DNA of 64,000 nt from Raillietiella orientalis (lineage: Eukaryota). Positions 13,245 to 26,800 of this stretch are shown one piece after another; the first letter of the stretch is position 1, and every line of letters begins with the position of its first letter. A program made the translations under genes and the position numbers. The stretch covers positions 2,542,001 to 2,606,000 of the forward strand of contig JAYWIR010000007.1 in the NCBI GenBank assembly GCA_036172245.1. The letters are read 5' to 3'. Below the pieces are notes generated by a model that searched no databases, had not been told where the DNA came from, and saw nothing but the letters and a program-made list of their open reading frames with translations.

Positions 13245-13858
13245 ATGGAGGTAAATTCATCGTTTTTCACAGATGAAGGGTTCTTGTACTTCGCATACGG
13301 CAGCAATACGTTCACAGACAGAATACACTTTCAGAACAAAAGTGCCCGCAAAAGATATGTCGCCGTGCTTCAGGTACTGATGGCTAATTCTAGCAATAAC
13401 CTCCCGGATGTAGGACTATGCCCTCGACTTCGACTTCTACAGCAAGCGCTGGAAGGGGGCAGTGGCCACAATCAAGCGCAGGGAAGGCTCTGCTGTGTGG
13501 GGAGTAGTATGGGAGCTGGATATGGAAGACATGATCAATCTGGACATGTAATCACGGCATTAGCGTATTCCAATGTGTCATTGTGCGTTTTTGAATGTGT
13601 AGGCAGGAAGGAGTGCATCTTAATATCTACCGGCCGGTTGTCGTTGCTGTGCAGACAACTGATTATAAACACGTTACGTGTCGAACGTATCAGCTGATCC
13701 AAAAGGCACAGGACAAACGACCTTCAAAAACTTACAAGAATGTCATCATCAAGGGAGCAATGGAGCACAAGTTACCATCATTTTATGTTGACAATCTGTG
13801 TGCTGTGGAAGATAACGGCATACTAGAGGATCTTCAACTTGCTGAAAATTATGTGTAG
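13245..13858 (+). CDS. GGCT: Gamma-glutamylcyclotransferase (GGCT family), 3 exons
   Basis: Exons 13245-13373, 13414-13547 and 13603-13858, with GT-AG introns of 40 and 55 nt, splice in frame. Motifs: FLYFAYGSN, DYALDF...WKGAVATI...VWGVVWEL, LDMQEGV (catalytic Glu), CRTY, PSKTYKNVIIKGAMEHKLP. An in-frame upstream ATG exists at 13170. Confidence 0.93.
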
Positions 13859-16800
13859 TGGGGTAGGTATATGTTAAGTGCTTGATGTGTTGGTGCATCA
13901 CAAAATCAGACCCTATTTTGTTCATCATCGTGCATTTCATTTATATATTTAGAGAAGGCCTTCATATTCATTTTTCTGATTATCTAATCAAAAATTTTGA
14001 CTGTTCAGAAGGCTACCCAGTTCTTTTCACTTTGGGTTTTTCGATTCCTATAGGCATAAAGGCAGCTTTATCCAATAGAATGCTTGTATTAAAACAGATT
14101 CCTTTGACTCTGGCTGCTCACATAGTGAGGACACACTATGAAGAATTTTTTGCAGATTTTATGTAAAATTCTTTAATGCAGAATTAGATTTCATAAAGAA
14201 TCCTACTATGAACATTTAACTACCTTTGAGAGATCACATAAGAGAGCTGACCCAGGTCTTGCTTGGTAAAGATCAAAAAAAAAAAAATTAGAAGGCAGAA
14301 TCTGAATGCTTAAGAATTTGAATTTGAATGCTGTGTATCTTCAGCAATAGCCAAATATTGTTTCATGTTTTGACAGGTTACTAACAGTTATTTGCGTTTC
14401 ATTATGTAGGTTTGAAATTCTGATTTTTTTCATTTTTTTTGCATATTGCAGTTTATTAGCAGCCTCCATGCTAAAATTGATGTAAAGTTGTGTCAGTATA
14501 TCAAAGAAGTATCAATTTTTAATTTTACATACTGCAAACGAAAACAAAGAAACAAAGTCTCAACATTAATTTGAGCCATGTTTCCTTGACACTATATAAC
14601 AAGAAATTTCATCCAACTCTTTACACACTCATGCACTGCAAAATGAGATCAACAGATCCATAACTGAAACAGGAATATAGGGAAGTAAAGTGATCCAAAT
14701 CTCATGTAGAGCCAGTTCACAAAATACCAATCCTTCATCAGTAATTGTCACCAGCTTGAACAGAGGCCAACCCTCAATAAAGCACAATTTTGCAGATTGC
14801 AAAAAGGCAACAAAGTATCCCAACTCATTTTAAGAGACTCCAAATCCAGAAGCCTTTCGAATGTGGGGAAGATAGATTTTTCAAAATTGTGGCCCTAGAT
14901 ATAATTGAACAAAGTACAGACCCTAAGCATGTTTGTCTGCTCTGTTTGCAAATGAATAAATGGAAAGGCACATAGGAACTACAATTCTACTGTGTTGGAA
15001 GAGAACCGTAATTTGAGAGACAGACCAATTTTACTGAGTAGAAGAAGGATCACTTATACATTACAAATTTTTCGTTTGGAATGTGATGGCGCTCGGTTAT
15101 TGGCATTCATAATTCAACGTTTCGTAAGTTTGCACGTAAAGGCACGCGTTGTTCATCGGAAATCGCTTTTCGCTACTTGCTGGAGTCCTTTGGGAAAAGA
15201 AGAATTACCAAAACTCAGCTGCACCAAGAATTTGGTAAATTGGTGGTAATTTAAATTGGGAATACCTTCGATTTAACCCTTCTGAGCGAGATACATAATT
15301 AACTCTTCCACGAATAGTTTTTTTCCTTAAGATTGTCTTGCATTCCACATTTTTTGTAGGCTTCTGATTCGGACTTTTCGTTGCTCAATTTTAACCGATG
15401 CAGAATCATGTTTTCGTTCATTTGGTACTAATCCACTTCAGCTTTATTAGAAATTCGGAGATAGCGAGTGTGTGTCATTCCATTCATTTCCTGATCTATA
15501 AAACTGGAACAAGCGTATATGTGTTCTTAAAGTTCCACACAATACTGATCAGTGCGTCTGTTCATAAAAAGATCGCTGCAGCTGCTGCTGACATGAGTAC
15601 TAGATAAAGCAGTGGGTCATATTTTTGCAAACGTTTCTTGGAACAATTTTATAATTTTCATGGAATTGTACCTACATATTCCGTTTATAAAAGTAGAAAC
15701 ATCTATTTTATTCCTGTGTGCTTGATTTTCCGTTTTTTCCCCGATAAATCTATAGCCATAGCACTTTTTCTGTCTTCGCCCTTTAGTTCCTATAGAGATT
15801 TTTTTTATCATAAGGTATCTCTGGAAAGCTAGGTTTTTATTTTCTTCCATATCTAAACAAAAAATGTCAAGAAGCTTTCTGGACCTCTTCAATTTTGGGA
15901 TGTTGTGTGTAAGCAACGCAAGCGTGCAGCTCAAGAGGGCATGCCTCCTTTTGCGAACAGACTGGAAGAACATGATACTTGAATAGTTCAGATTTCACGT
16001 GTATATAAATGCTGACGAAAACTCCCAATACAAAGATATGACGTTAGTTGGAAAGAGCATGAAGATTCTCATGGGTCCTACAGGTTGCATTCCTACAAGG
16101 AAATGTGTCTCGTGTATGTAGATTGTTTTAATCAACAGAAGGAACAGATCGCACTGCAGAGAAGCTCGATCAACAAGAGATGACACGAGAATCCCAACAT
16201 TCCTTTCCAGTGGGGTCTCTTTAAAACGGGATTTCATTCCCAGTAACAAAAGAGAGTACAAGGAGTCTTTCTTTATTGCATGCAGAGGAAGTCTCCCAAA
16301 TTGTGAAATCCGAATCTCTTTAAAAAAAAATACCTTGATTTCTTGGGAAGGTGTTTTGATGGTTATTGGTTATCGAATCAATTCTTTGGGATCTTTCGAC
16401 TATTTCGAATTTTCTTGCTCATGTGCACGATGTGTTTTTTTTTTGTCTTGTTTTTGTTTAGACACATTTGAGGATGAAACAGTTCCATTCCACTTGGTCA
16501 TTCTCGTCAATGCTTCTATTCCCATCAGTAATTTGCATCCATGCCACTGCTCCTCACATCCTCAAGTGCCTGAATTATCAGAACCCTTCAAGTCTGCTTG
16601 TCTTGGTCACTTGATGAAGGGGAAGTAATCGATTCCTCTGTTCATCGACAAATTCCGTTATTTTATTGCTTTCTTTATGAGGTGACTATCAGAGAAATTC
16701 GGATGGATTTTCTTGCCATTTCCCTTGCATTCCTTTTGGCAGTTCTTTCAGTTTCCTTTTCATTTCTCAATCTCTCTGGGTCCTAGTTATTGTTCTTTTG

Positions 16801-17813
16801 CCATACATTTTTCAAGCCTCGGAGGAAAGAAACATTTAAGAATCCCTTAGAGAAGAGATGAGGATTTTTTTTTTTCTGTGACAACAGCTAGACATGGTTC
16901 AGTATTCTCTCTGTGCAAGAAGAAAGGACTGATTCCCGTTCTTCTGGAATGACACGGAACCCACGTCCTTAGACCGACAGATGTGAATTGATTCCGTGAA
17001 TTTGGAAGAAAATTCTGCATGTGCATTCCAGTCGCAGTATCATTCCATTGGAATCTGATACTGATGTTTTCCAACAAATTCATCCATCTTCTGCTTACAT
17101 ACAACTCCTAGAACTTTTTCTAACTGACGGTCGAGTGGTATTCGTTGGTACGGATTCGTTGAGATGACCTTTGAAGTAATCCTTCCGTCATTTTCCTCCT
17201 CTTTTGCTTTTTTTTAACACCCCGCTGGACATTGAGGGAGTCTGAAACAAATCAAAGCCTTCCCCTCCCTTGGAAACGAATCTCTAATCCTCCATACCCT
17301 TTTCCCTCGTTCTTGTCCTGTCGGTTTCTTACGGCTTCTCCCCTCCTGGTGACTGCAGGAGGACAAGCCAGTCGTAGTCATTCGATTTCAACCACGCTTC
17401 TCCCCATAGGTTCATCTGGTTTTTGGCCGGTTCGGCTGAACTTTTTCTGCTTACTGAGGACGTGCTAAGCTTCGTCCGTTACGCATGCACTTCTGTTCCT
17501 CCTAATAGCATTTGTTTCGGTCCTCAGCAAAGCAAGTCATTCATTCTTCAAGAAATAATGTTTTATTCGTTGCTCCCTGATTAATCTCTTGCCCTCCCCC
17601 CCCCCCCCCGGGATTTTCCTTCATAGTCCGAGGTCCGAAATTGAGTGCAGACTCGCTAATATCTGTCCTCCATGTCTCGCTAGTGACGTGCTTGCACGGG
17701 GGGTGATTCAGCACCGAGACCGCGGACTGCATGGCTGGAAGAGAGACACCCTCCTTCCTCACAAATCGTGACAGCTTTCCGGAGAAGTTATCCCTCTCTC
17801 TTCCTCCTCCTCC

Positions 17814-20800
17814 TCATTTCCTTGTAAACGCGCAAATGTGAGGGGGATTTTTTTCCTTTGAGGGGTTGCATCTACCTTTTCCCCAAACGCAGAAGGATTT
17901 CCTTCTCTCCGGGTGGATGCGTAGGCACGTCTTCTCCACAAGATACTTGCTTACGACCATCAGAGACTCCAAGAGAGCTATGAGACTTCCTCCAATAAAC
18001 AATCCGAGGTTGCCTCCAATTATGCCTGGAATGAAAGGGGAAAGGAACATGTTCATCGGGAAGACGCGAGGCTGCTTGGAGTCTTCATGTTGCCCTTCAA
18101 ACACGCCAGCGGAAGAATGTGCATTGCAGAAGGCGTTCCCAGGTGAAGACGTCACACTGAGTTCGAGCATCTCAGATACCAACGAAGACGTGGTTCCTGA
18201 TGTATTCCTGCAGATGCGATGGATGGAAGGTGCATGTCATGGGAGGAATCGCTAGCGTGCATCCCCTTTGGTTCATTGCAGAAATCTTCCGCCGAGCCAC
18301 GACGAGGTAGCAGCACGCATCCAGAAGGCAGTTGGGAAGAATTGGGAGCCGGCGGCCAGCAACCACTCTGCACCCGACTTCTACTTGGCGCCAGTTCCCC
18401 GCTCAGATTCAACCAAGTGAGTCGAGGAGAGGGACGGATTGCTATTATGGATGTCTCCTACGACATCGAAAACTCCCTGACAAAGGTAAGACAGACAAAT
18501 CCAGGTTCTTCAAGACCGGTGAGAGTCCCTTTGTTAACAAGAGTGCTCATCTCAGTGGATCCAAGAAACGACGCGATGTCGAGAGAGCTCTAGGTCTCAG
18601 AATCTTAAGGAACTTATCAGGAAGACTACTGTACGCTACAGCGCCCACTTCACTGGAGGCATCCTTTGGAACCATCGCCTGGGAAATCGGCTGTGAAGCA
18701 GGAACCCCACATAGACGGCGTCCAGATGAAGAAGCAGTGAGAATGGTTGCGAATCCTCCTATCCAGATGAAGAAATATCCCACTCCTACTTCTTACACAA
18801 CGTAAACACATTGGGAGCAAATAAATTGCTCCTAGTTTCCAGAATGTCAAAATTCCTCAAGGGAATTTGGAGCAACCCTCCACGTCGAGAAGTCCTAACA
18901 AATGTCCTTTCCTGCATTCCTCTTGCTTATCCGTAGATGCGAGTGCTGGAGAGGGGAACCAAGGAAACCGAGCGCCTGAGAGTAGAAAAAATCGCGAAAC
19001 CTAACGTTGAGGGCAGCCGGATGCTGGAGCCAGAGAGACCCCTGCCAGTTTGTTTCGTCTCTCTCTTTTAGACTTCGGTTTTCGGTCTGGGACATCTTTC
19101 TCGTGTCTTTCGGTGGTTCAGGAAGCTAGAGCTTGAGCCGGAGGGAGAGAGGTCTCTCTACTTGGGTCTTTAGGGATATACAGCTCACTTCTTTCCCTCC
19201 CGTTTGGGTTTGCAAAGGAAAGAGGCGAAAAAACAGGGAAAGACGGCACTAACCCATATATGATGAGAGAAATGAAAATTCTCCAGGAAGCATTTGTCCG
19301 TAAGAGGGAATCCTCCGGAATTTCTCCTTGCAGGTTCAAGAAGAACACTTCTGTGGAGGACGATTCCTTCGTCAACTGGGTGGACTGGGATCTTCACCAA
19401 ACAAAATCATCCGATTCATTTCATCCGACATGTAATAGTCAGTGCGGTGGTCCCTCTATGTCGTGATGACACCGCTTCCTTGGGTTCTTCCGTTGGCTGC
19501 TTTCCTTCCAGTTTTTTTTTTCCTCGGCTCTCAAAATGCGGAAGAACTGCTCGCCTCCTTGACGGAGATGGAGGGGGGTTCTTTCACACTGCCCACGCTA
19601 CCCAAGGGTGCGTGTTACTCTTCGGGTTAGAGGTTCCCCGAGAGGGGGGCCATCCTGTGAATCCAGGAAGGACCCCGGGGGAAGGCCCCCCCCGTTCCTC
19701 TTATGCTTGAGAGGGAACCCCGAAGAGAACCTCTTCTTCCTCATTCTCTCCGGAGGAGTTCCGGAAGCGGTCACTCCTGGGATGATCTTCGTGTGATCCC
19801 GAATCTTCTAATCAGGGACCAAGGATGACAGTGACCTTTAACACTGTTCCACGCCACCAGAGGGTGCGTATTGACTCTTCAGGTTGGGGTAATCTTCAGG
19901 GAGGGGACCATCCTATGAAAGGTTGGAAGGACCCCGGAGGGTCGACTTCCAATCCCGGCCACTTACCGGGGGCACCCGGTTTTTCAGCTTCCACTAGTGC
20001 CGTGTCCGAGATCAGCCGAGGCCAACCATCGTCATATTGCGGGGAGACTCAAAACCTACGACGCATCCATTTCTTGGCATCGATTCTTCTCCGAGTGAGA
20101 TTCGAACCCGCAACACTTGGTGCCACGCGCAGCAGCCGCAGCCACACGGCCTCCAGCGCGGGCAGCTGCCCACGCAACTTTCTCTTGTGCAACTGCGTTG
20201 ACGAAGAGTCCAGGTAAAGATGACATGGAGTATGGGGTCAGTATCGGCGTTTCGGGTTTTCCGCGCGAGATAGCTGCTCAGATAAGCGGTGGTGGGGGAT
20301 GTGTCACTCGCTGTTCCTTTGGGCGCACCGCTTTCTTCCTGGCCTGCACCGTTCCTCTTTGATCCCCTCAACACTGATCCTTTGACAGATTCCAAGATCT
20401 CGGAGATCGGGCGGCCAATGCTCTTTTGGTGGCGAGACTCTCCCGGGAAGCAGCACTGGATGGGCACATTTGCTTCCTTTTTCTCCTAGAGCAAGAGAAG
20501 AAGTGCAAACGAAGCTGTGCCTCTTCCGCAGCAGGTGCTGAGCATTCATAGAAGTCAAACGTTCCCCACGATAAGTTCCTCTCTCCTCCCCTCCCCTTCC
20601 CCTGGAACACCAGATCTGACTTGGCTGTTTTCCATCCCCGGAATAGGTTCACTGCTCCTCCCTTTCTCTCCTCCACAGCCGCCCTTCAGACTCACTAAGG
20701 AACTCGAAGATGGTCGGTCTGACGAGAGAGAAGCCTTTGACGCTCATGGTGAGGAAGCTGATCTCCACAAAGGTGTAGTCGTTCCTGTGGGAGAGGCAAA

Positions 20801-23800
20801 GAAAGAGGGAGGGAGGGATTCCACGTCTGCCGCCTTGCGCTCGCTCTCAAGCTCCATTTCCCCTGCCCTACTCCCCCCCATCCTTTCTCCTGGGGTCGCG
20901 GGCGCGAGCGTGGAGGCGTTCGCACGGGTCTCAAGATCCGTGTGCTAGGGAGTGGACCCTCCTTCCTCCTCGCTTCCTCCGACAGCGGCAGCGAGCCCAC
21001 ACTGGTTTTCTTAAGTCTCTTCGGTCCATCCTCGGAACGAAGAGTGCCACTCACCACCTTCCCCAGAACGTCCTTGTGCACCCAGATGGGAGGAGGAAGA
21101 GTTCCGGCTCCCAGAACTTCGCCACTCCCTGCCCCTACCGCATCCAGCCGTGACGTGTCACGACTGCGGCGGAAGAGCAGGGCTTCTCCGGAGCGCGGTC
21201 GGGGCCCCGAGGAACCAGGAAAGCCCTCATCTGGGCTCAAGGAGACTGGGGGGTGGAGTGGAGGGGAATATGCTGCAGACACGTTCTAGAAATCAGGAAA
21301 GACACCTCAGATGAAGTGGTATTCTTTAGGGGAGAAGGAAGCTGAGGGGAGGTGAAACCTGTTTCTCATCTTGGCGCGGTCAAGACACTACCATTCTCTT
21401 CGCTGAGGGAAAGAGGATGGTGGTGGAAGGGGAATGAATGAATGAATGATGATAAGGAGGAGAAGGAAGGGAGGAGGAGGGGGAAGGTAGGTGAAGGAGG
21501 AGGAATGGAGGTAACGAAGAGGAGGAGAAATGAAGGAGGAGGAGGAATGGAGAAGGAGGAGTCGTGTACTCTGCCGTGTTTCAGCCCCGGGGCAGCGAGG
21601 AGGCTGCTGCTCCAGCGGCGTGCTTCGGGAGTTACCGGTGTGCCGTCCCTGGGATTACGCAGCACGCGCGTTTTCTTTTCTTCCTGATTCGCTTCGCTCC
21701 CGCTAAGGTGCACCGCTCCCTCCCCTCCCCACACACACCACGCAAGATGCGAAAAACTACCTACTTTATGGTGTCCACACTGATGTTGTAGGCGGTCCCT
21801 ATTGCGGCCCTGGTGGCATCGCCCATGAAGCGGTAGCTTTGGGTGTACCTATACGAGGTCTCCAGGCAAGGTTGGTAGCAGGACTCTAAAGACAGAAAAG
21901 AACTCTCGGGGTCCTCGGAAGACATTCAAACCCCTCGATGGCCACCGCTGCCACGAGAAAGCAGCACTCACTTTGCAGGAGGTCCCACAGCTCCGAGGTA
22001 CTCTCCTTCTTCATTGCAATCAGTTCCATGGGGCTGCAGGTATTGGAAATCTTCGTGACTGTTGATCCAGGAACGACGGGAAGGAGGAGGAGGAACGGCA
22101 GCGGCAATGAGTAGATAGTGAGGCTCTTTGCGTTTCCAGCTGTGCAGTAAGGATCACTTCCAAAATAGACCCGCGGGCCATCCCGGATTCCTTCGGCTCT
22201 TAGGAGGAGAGAATCTCCGCGCGGAAGACTTTCGGGCCACCGAAACCGAGATGAAGACGCATATGACCTGCTTCCGACCCCGCCGAGAGTTCCAGACTAG
22301 AGAAGGCCAGAACTGACGGAAGGTCTCTCTCTGTTCTGCTTCCTCCTCGTTCCGCAGCAGCCCGCTACCCCCAGGGGTTTCAAAGGTCAGACATCCCCTA
22401 CCGGGAAGCAAGAAATGGGGAGGATGAAGGGAGGGGAGAAGGGGAGGAGAGGAATGAAAAGCGACTGAATTGGGTAGCGGATTCGCGGTCGGCGCGCCCG
22501 TCGGAGACACCTGACCTCCAAGACCCTCCTCCGTCTATCCTGGAGCCCAGACAAAGCCTCGAGGCTCGCGGCATTTCGGTGGAACTTCGCAAGGGGCGGG
22601 GAATGCCCGTCCGCAGGCACGCCGATCCCTCATCCGCATCCCGCCCTCTCACCCCTGTCCTAAGTACCTGATTTGTACAGGAAGATCGGTGTGCAATTGA
22701 ACTGGGACAGCATGTCCAGCAGCTCCTTCCAGATGTCGGGGCACAGAACGGAGATGCGCTTCAAGTACTCCTCGGGCGGGAGGATCTCTGTGATAGCGTT
22801 GCTACATTTGCAGAGCTCACCTGTTAGGCATAAGGCGGACGACTCGCCCAAGGTGACCTGGGGAGGACAAGAAAGAGGACAAGGAGGAAGTAGGTAATGA
22901 ACAACAAACATCCCTCCCCTTCTAGGGAGGTTGAGGACTCGACCTCCTCCGGAGTTGTCTCCAGCATCCGAAACACGCTCGTCTCTCGAGCTTAGGACGC
23001 AGTTTCCTCAGGCGCTTCTTGGGCAAGGGAGCCGGCTCGGCTTCTGCGGTTGTGCGCTGGGAGCTGGAACGCCCCTTTCCGTCTGGGAACGCGGAGACGT
23101 TCCGGGGAGGGAAGCGAGTGACGTTCTTCGCTGAGAGAATGGACCAAAGAGACTTCGGAAAACCAGAATGGGTGCGCGCTGGCGCAGCGGGGGGGAAGGC
23201 ACACGGATCCCGAGATCCGCATTGCCATCCTCCACTCTCCTACATGCGATGCAGTCGCGCCGAGCGGCCGCAGCCTTCGTGACTCCAAACTCGGCCGACA
23301 GGGTGACTTGGGCCGAACAACCCCACGGGGCTCTACGTCCCACTCGGAAATGATGGAAATCCTTCTTTTCTGTCTTCGCTGTTTTCCTTCCAGCTTTTTT
23401 TTTTTAGTTCTCTGACTAGCTCAAGAGCCGTCACGCCCCCTGGTGGCGGCCTACGCAGTTCTTTGACGTTGTTCCACGCCACCCAATGGTGCTTGTAATT
23501 CTTCAAGATAGGGGGTGCCACGGGAGGGAACCTCCCTATGAATCCTGGAATGGCTCGGAGTCCGTTCCTCACACGCCTGGGGAGGGATCCCCGAAGGGAA
23601 CCTGCAACCTGGTTGTCTCCGGAAGGACCCCCGAAGGTCCGTCATTTTTCTTCGAAGGGAACCCGGAAAGGATCCCCTGTCGGGAATTTCTTCTCCGGAG
23701 GGAACCCGAAAGGGAACCGCTCCTGTTTACTCCTCTGAAGAGAACCCCTAAAGGACGCTTTAGAAATTCAGAAGGGTGACTTCCCCGAAGGGACCGGCTC

Positions 23801-26800
23801 GCTTGTTTGCACTCTCTGGAGGGCTGGCAACACACCTACTCCATCAGTACGACGCGGAGGGGTTCCTCCCTGAATGGGGGTCCGCTCGTTCACAACCAGA
23901 GGGGAGCTCCCACTCCATGATTCCTGGAAGGACCCGGAAGTCTACTCCCATTTGCCCCGGCCCTCATCGGGGGCATCCGGTTTGAACCGCTACCAGTGCC
24001 GCACCCGAATGAACGGAGGTCAACCTGCGTCATCTTGTGGGAGGAACTCGAACCCGCGATGCATGGTATCACGAGCGATCACCGTAACCACGCGGCCTCC
24101 GACGCGGGCCCGAACAGAACAACGGGCTCATCGGGGTGCCATCGAGTCCGACAGGAGACCCAGCGCTATGTCGACCGGAGCCTCGGCATAGAACGACCTC
24201 TGAACTTACGTCCGGAAGAGTCCTCGAGCTCTCGAGATGGAGGGTCGCGACCCGAACCGCTTCCCGTGCGGAGTGTGCAGGAGCCGGATGTTCCTGCGGA
24301 AGGAGAATGGGATTGTGGAAGACCTTCCTTCCTCCTCAAGGGAAGTCACACCCCGTCCTCACGTCTTCACCAGCTCTTTGTAGGTTGTCCTTCCTTCATA
24401 CTTCTAGGAGTCGCGCTCCGACCAACCTGCCGAGCGGAAACCGGGGAGCCACCGCCGCGCAGCTGCTGGCTGAGTCGCGGGGACCTGCCCAAGTTAAGCG
24501 GGGAGGGGCCCAACTTCTGCGGCAGTGCACTTGTTGGGGAGAGAGCAGGGTCCGTACGCGCGAGGTATGGAAGTTGGAGGAAGCCAGGGAGAAGAGAAAG
24601 GGAGTCGATCTGCAAGACTCTTTCCTCCTCTCCACCAAGTCGTCTAGGCAGCGAGACGACCGCTCTTCTCCACGCCTCGAACTCCAGCACCAGGAATTCA
24701 GTTTCATCCGGAGTTGCCTAGGAGCAACCTCGGCTGAAACCGAATGCTTTTTCAAGAGCGGACAGGGAGGAGAAAGGGGAGCGGTCTGTTCCAAACGGCG
24801 ACGTTCCCCTGCAGCATCCACGCGAATGGAACTCCCTTCGCGCAAACGGCGTGGTGCAAAGCCTCTTTGCCGCTTTCTCCTTCTCCTGCACTCTCGCTTC
24901 TTACGCCCGCTTCTCGCGCGTGCGCCGACAGACCGATCTCTGCCTCCGAGTCCAGAAGATCGACCTTGCTATTCTGGCATCGCTGTCGACTCGGTTCTTC
25001 CTCACGTGGTGGCATGGGGATCATCCAGTGCCCCCTTCCCTCTTCAGCCCTGCCAGCTGCTGATGGGCTTCCGAAGAAAGCGCTTCTGAAGGACGAGAGC
25101 GAGAGGAAGTCTTTAAGACGGGAGGATCGGAAGTGATTCCCAGTGACCGCGTCTTCGAACGCTGCCGCTGGGAACCCTAAGCCATCTTGCGAGTATTTCC
25201 GGGATAAGGACCCGTCTTTGTCTCGGTAGATTCTCGACGGAGGGCTCGAGGTTACCTGGAATTTTTCCAGCTTCACTCTGTTCGCAAATTGCATCTTGAC
25301 GTTCAGGACGTTGCCTGCCAGGAACGGGATCTCGTTTTCGCTCTTGAAGTGGAAGGGCACGTACTTCCCCCTGCAGGTGGTGCTCAGAATCTCACATCCC
25401 ATATCTGAAACGAAGAGAAGGATGCACGCAACTTTTCCCTATGGGGAGCGCGGCTTTCCTTGGAGCGTGGAGTGCACCAGCCCCAGCTTCAGCTGCCCTC
25501 TCTGGATGTAGTGTATCTGCCTGATTTCCAACGGATCGGAGGCGATGCACTTCCCGTACGCCGTGATGATCGTCTTCTTGAAGTATTGTGTGCAGCACGT
25601 GGTCCTGTCCAACAGCTGAGCGTCGGGAAGGTGGCAGAACACCACGAAGTCTTCGCACCTGGCGAGGGAAACATTTCCTAAGTAGTTTTTTCCTCCCTCT
25701 TCTTCCCCTCCCCGAGGTCTCTGAGTCTCACGAGTCGAGTTCCGGAGTAGAATTCTCCCAAGGCTCTCTAGGAAACGTGGTACGGACGCAAAACAGCTCC
25801 GCTTCCGGGGCACCGCTGTCGGGTCACTTCCGAGGGAGCGACCCCACCCGAAAAGCAGCGCGCCTAAGGGGGGAGGGGAGAAGCTGGAAGGGTCTTCCTC
25901 CCCGATGCCGCGGTCTCGGTATCACGTCTCTGCGAAGATTGCCTTTGCTTCGGTTATTCCTTACATGCTTGACTGGAGCCGCTGACCTCGGTTGTCTCCC
26001 CGGCTTCTATGATGGTCGTTCTCCCTGCCGCGCCTTGTTTCTGGGCGAGGCGTTCCTCCTCCACGATCTCCACAGAGATATCCGCAGCTTCCCATCCTTC
26101 GTGATGCACTTGATGCAATTGGAGCAACCCTGCAGAGAGGGCTTCAAGGCCGCTGTGATTATCAGCATCTTGGGCATCTCTGCTTTCATTCCATTTGCTG
26201 CTTCAGCGGAAAGCTTCTTTTGGCTTCCATCCTTTGTTTCCTTTCGAATGAATTGATCCTTAGGAGGAAATCGCGTTCTATCGGTTCGGTTCCTACGAAC
26301 TCATCCTCAAGGTTACTGAGCTATCCTTTAAGGATTTATCGAGCTGCTGCCAATACTCGGCTTCATCAGTCATGATGATCACTAATGATATCCTCTGGTT
26401 CAGAGCAAGTCATTCATAAGTTTGGAAACACCGAGGGAATTCCACAAGAGAGAGATTCTCCACGGATTCCATCGTTTCCTCGGCCTCTTTAGTCCCCTCG
26501 TTGCTGAGGTACGCCGAAGGATGTTCAGTGGTGGAGAGGTTCCCTCCTCATTCTTATGTTCTTCCAGGATGGAATGGACCGTTTGGACTGATGCGAAGAC
26601 GAAGGTTCCTGTGGAGCTCTGACAACACGGCGACAAGACTCTTCTTGCTCCAGTGCAACCAACACCGGAGCCACTGCGGCACTGGAAGTGTGCCGCATGC
26701 GGGACGATGGAATCGCTCCCATGCCTGCTGTCTGACTGCCAATCCCTCTGTACTGGACGGCGACGCATGGTAACCGCAAGCTTCCTGCATCCAGAGGACT

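Noticed and set aside
14600..17100. Additional gene or LINE endonuclease fragment ('HETHF')
   Set aside because: Motif order does not fit an AP endonuclease and the frames are broken; unsupported.
20695..21290. Extra DEG/ENaC exon or nested gene (195 aa ORF after an AG acceptor)
   Set aside because: Phase is incompatible with the preceding exon and there is no family similarity.
23996..25089. 241 aa and 317 aa plus-strand ORFs
   Set aside because: They overlap a SINE and intronic GC-rich DNA and show no recognisable domain.
26320..26375. Hammerhead ribozyme candidate (CTGATGA on the minus strand; similar near 50720-50750 and 10680)
   Set aside because: The required GAAA, stem III and cleavage triplet are not all present in any candidate.
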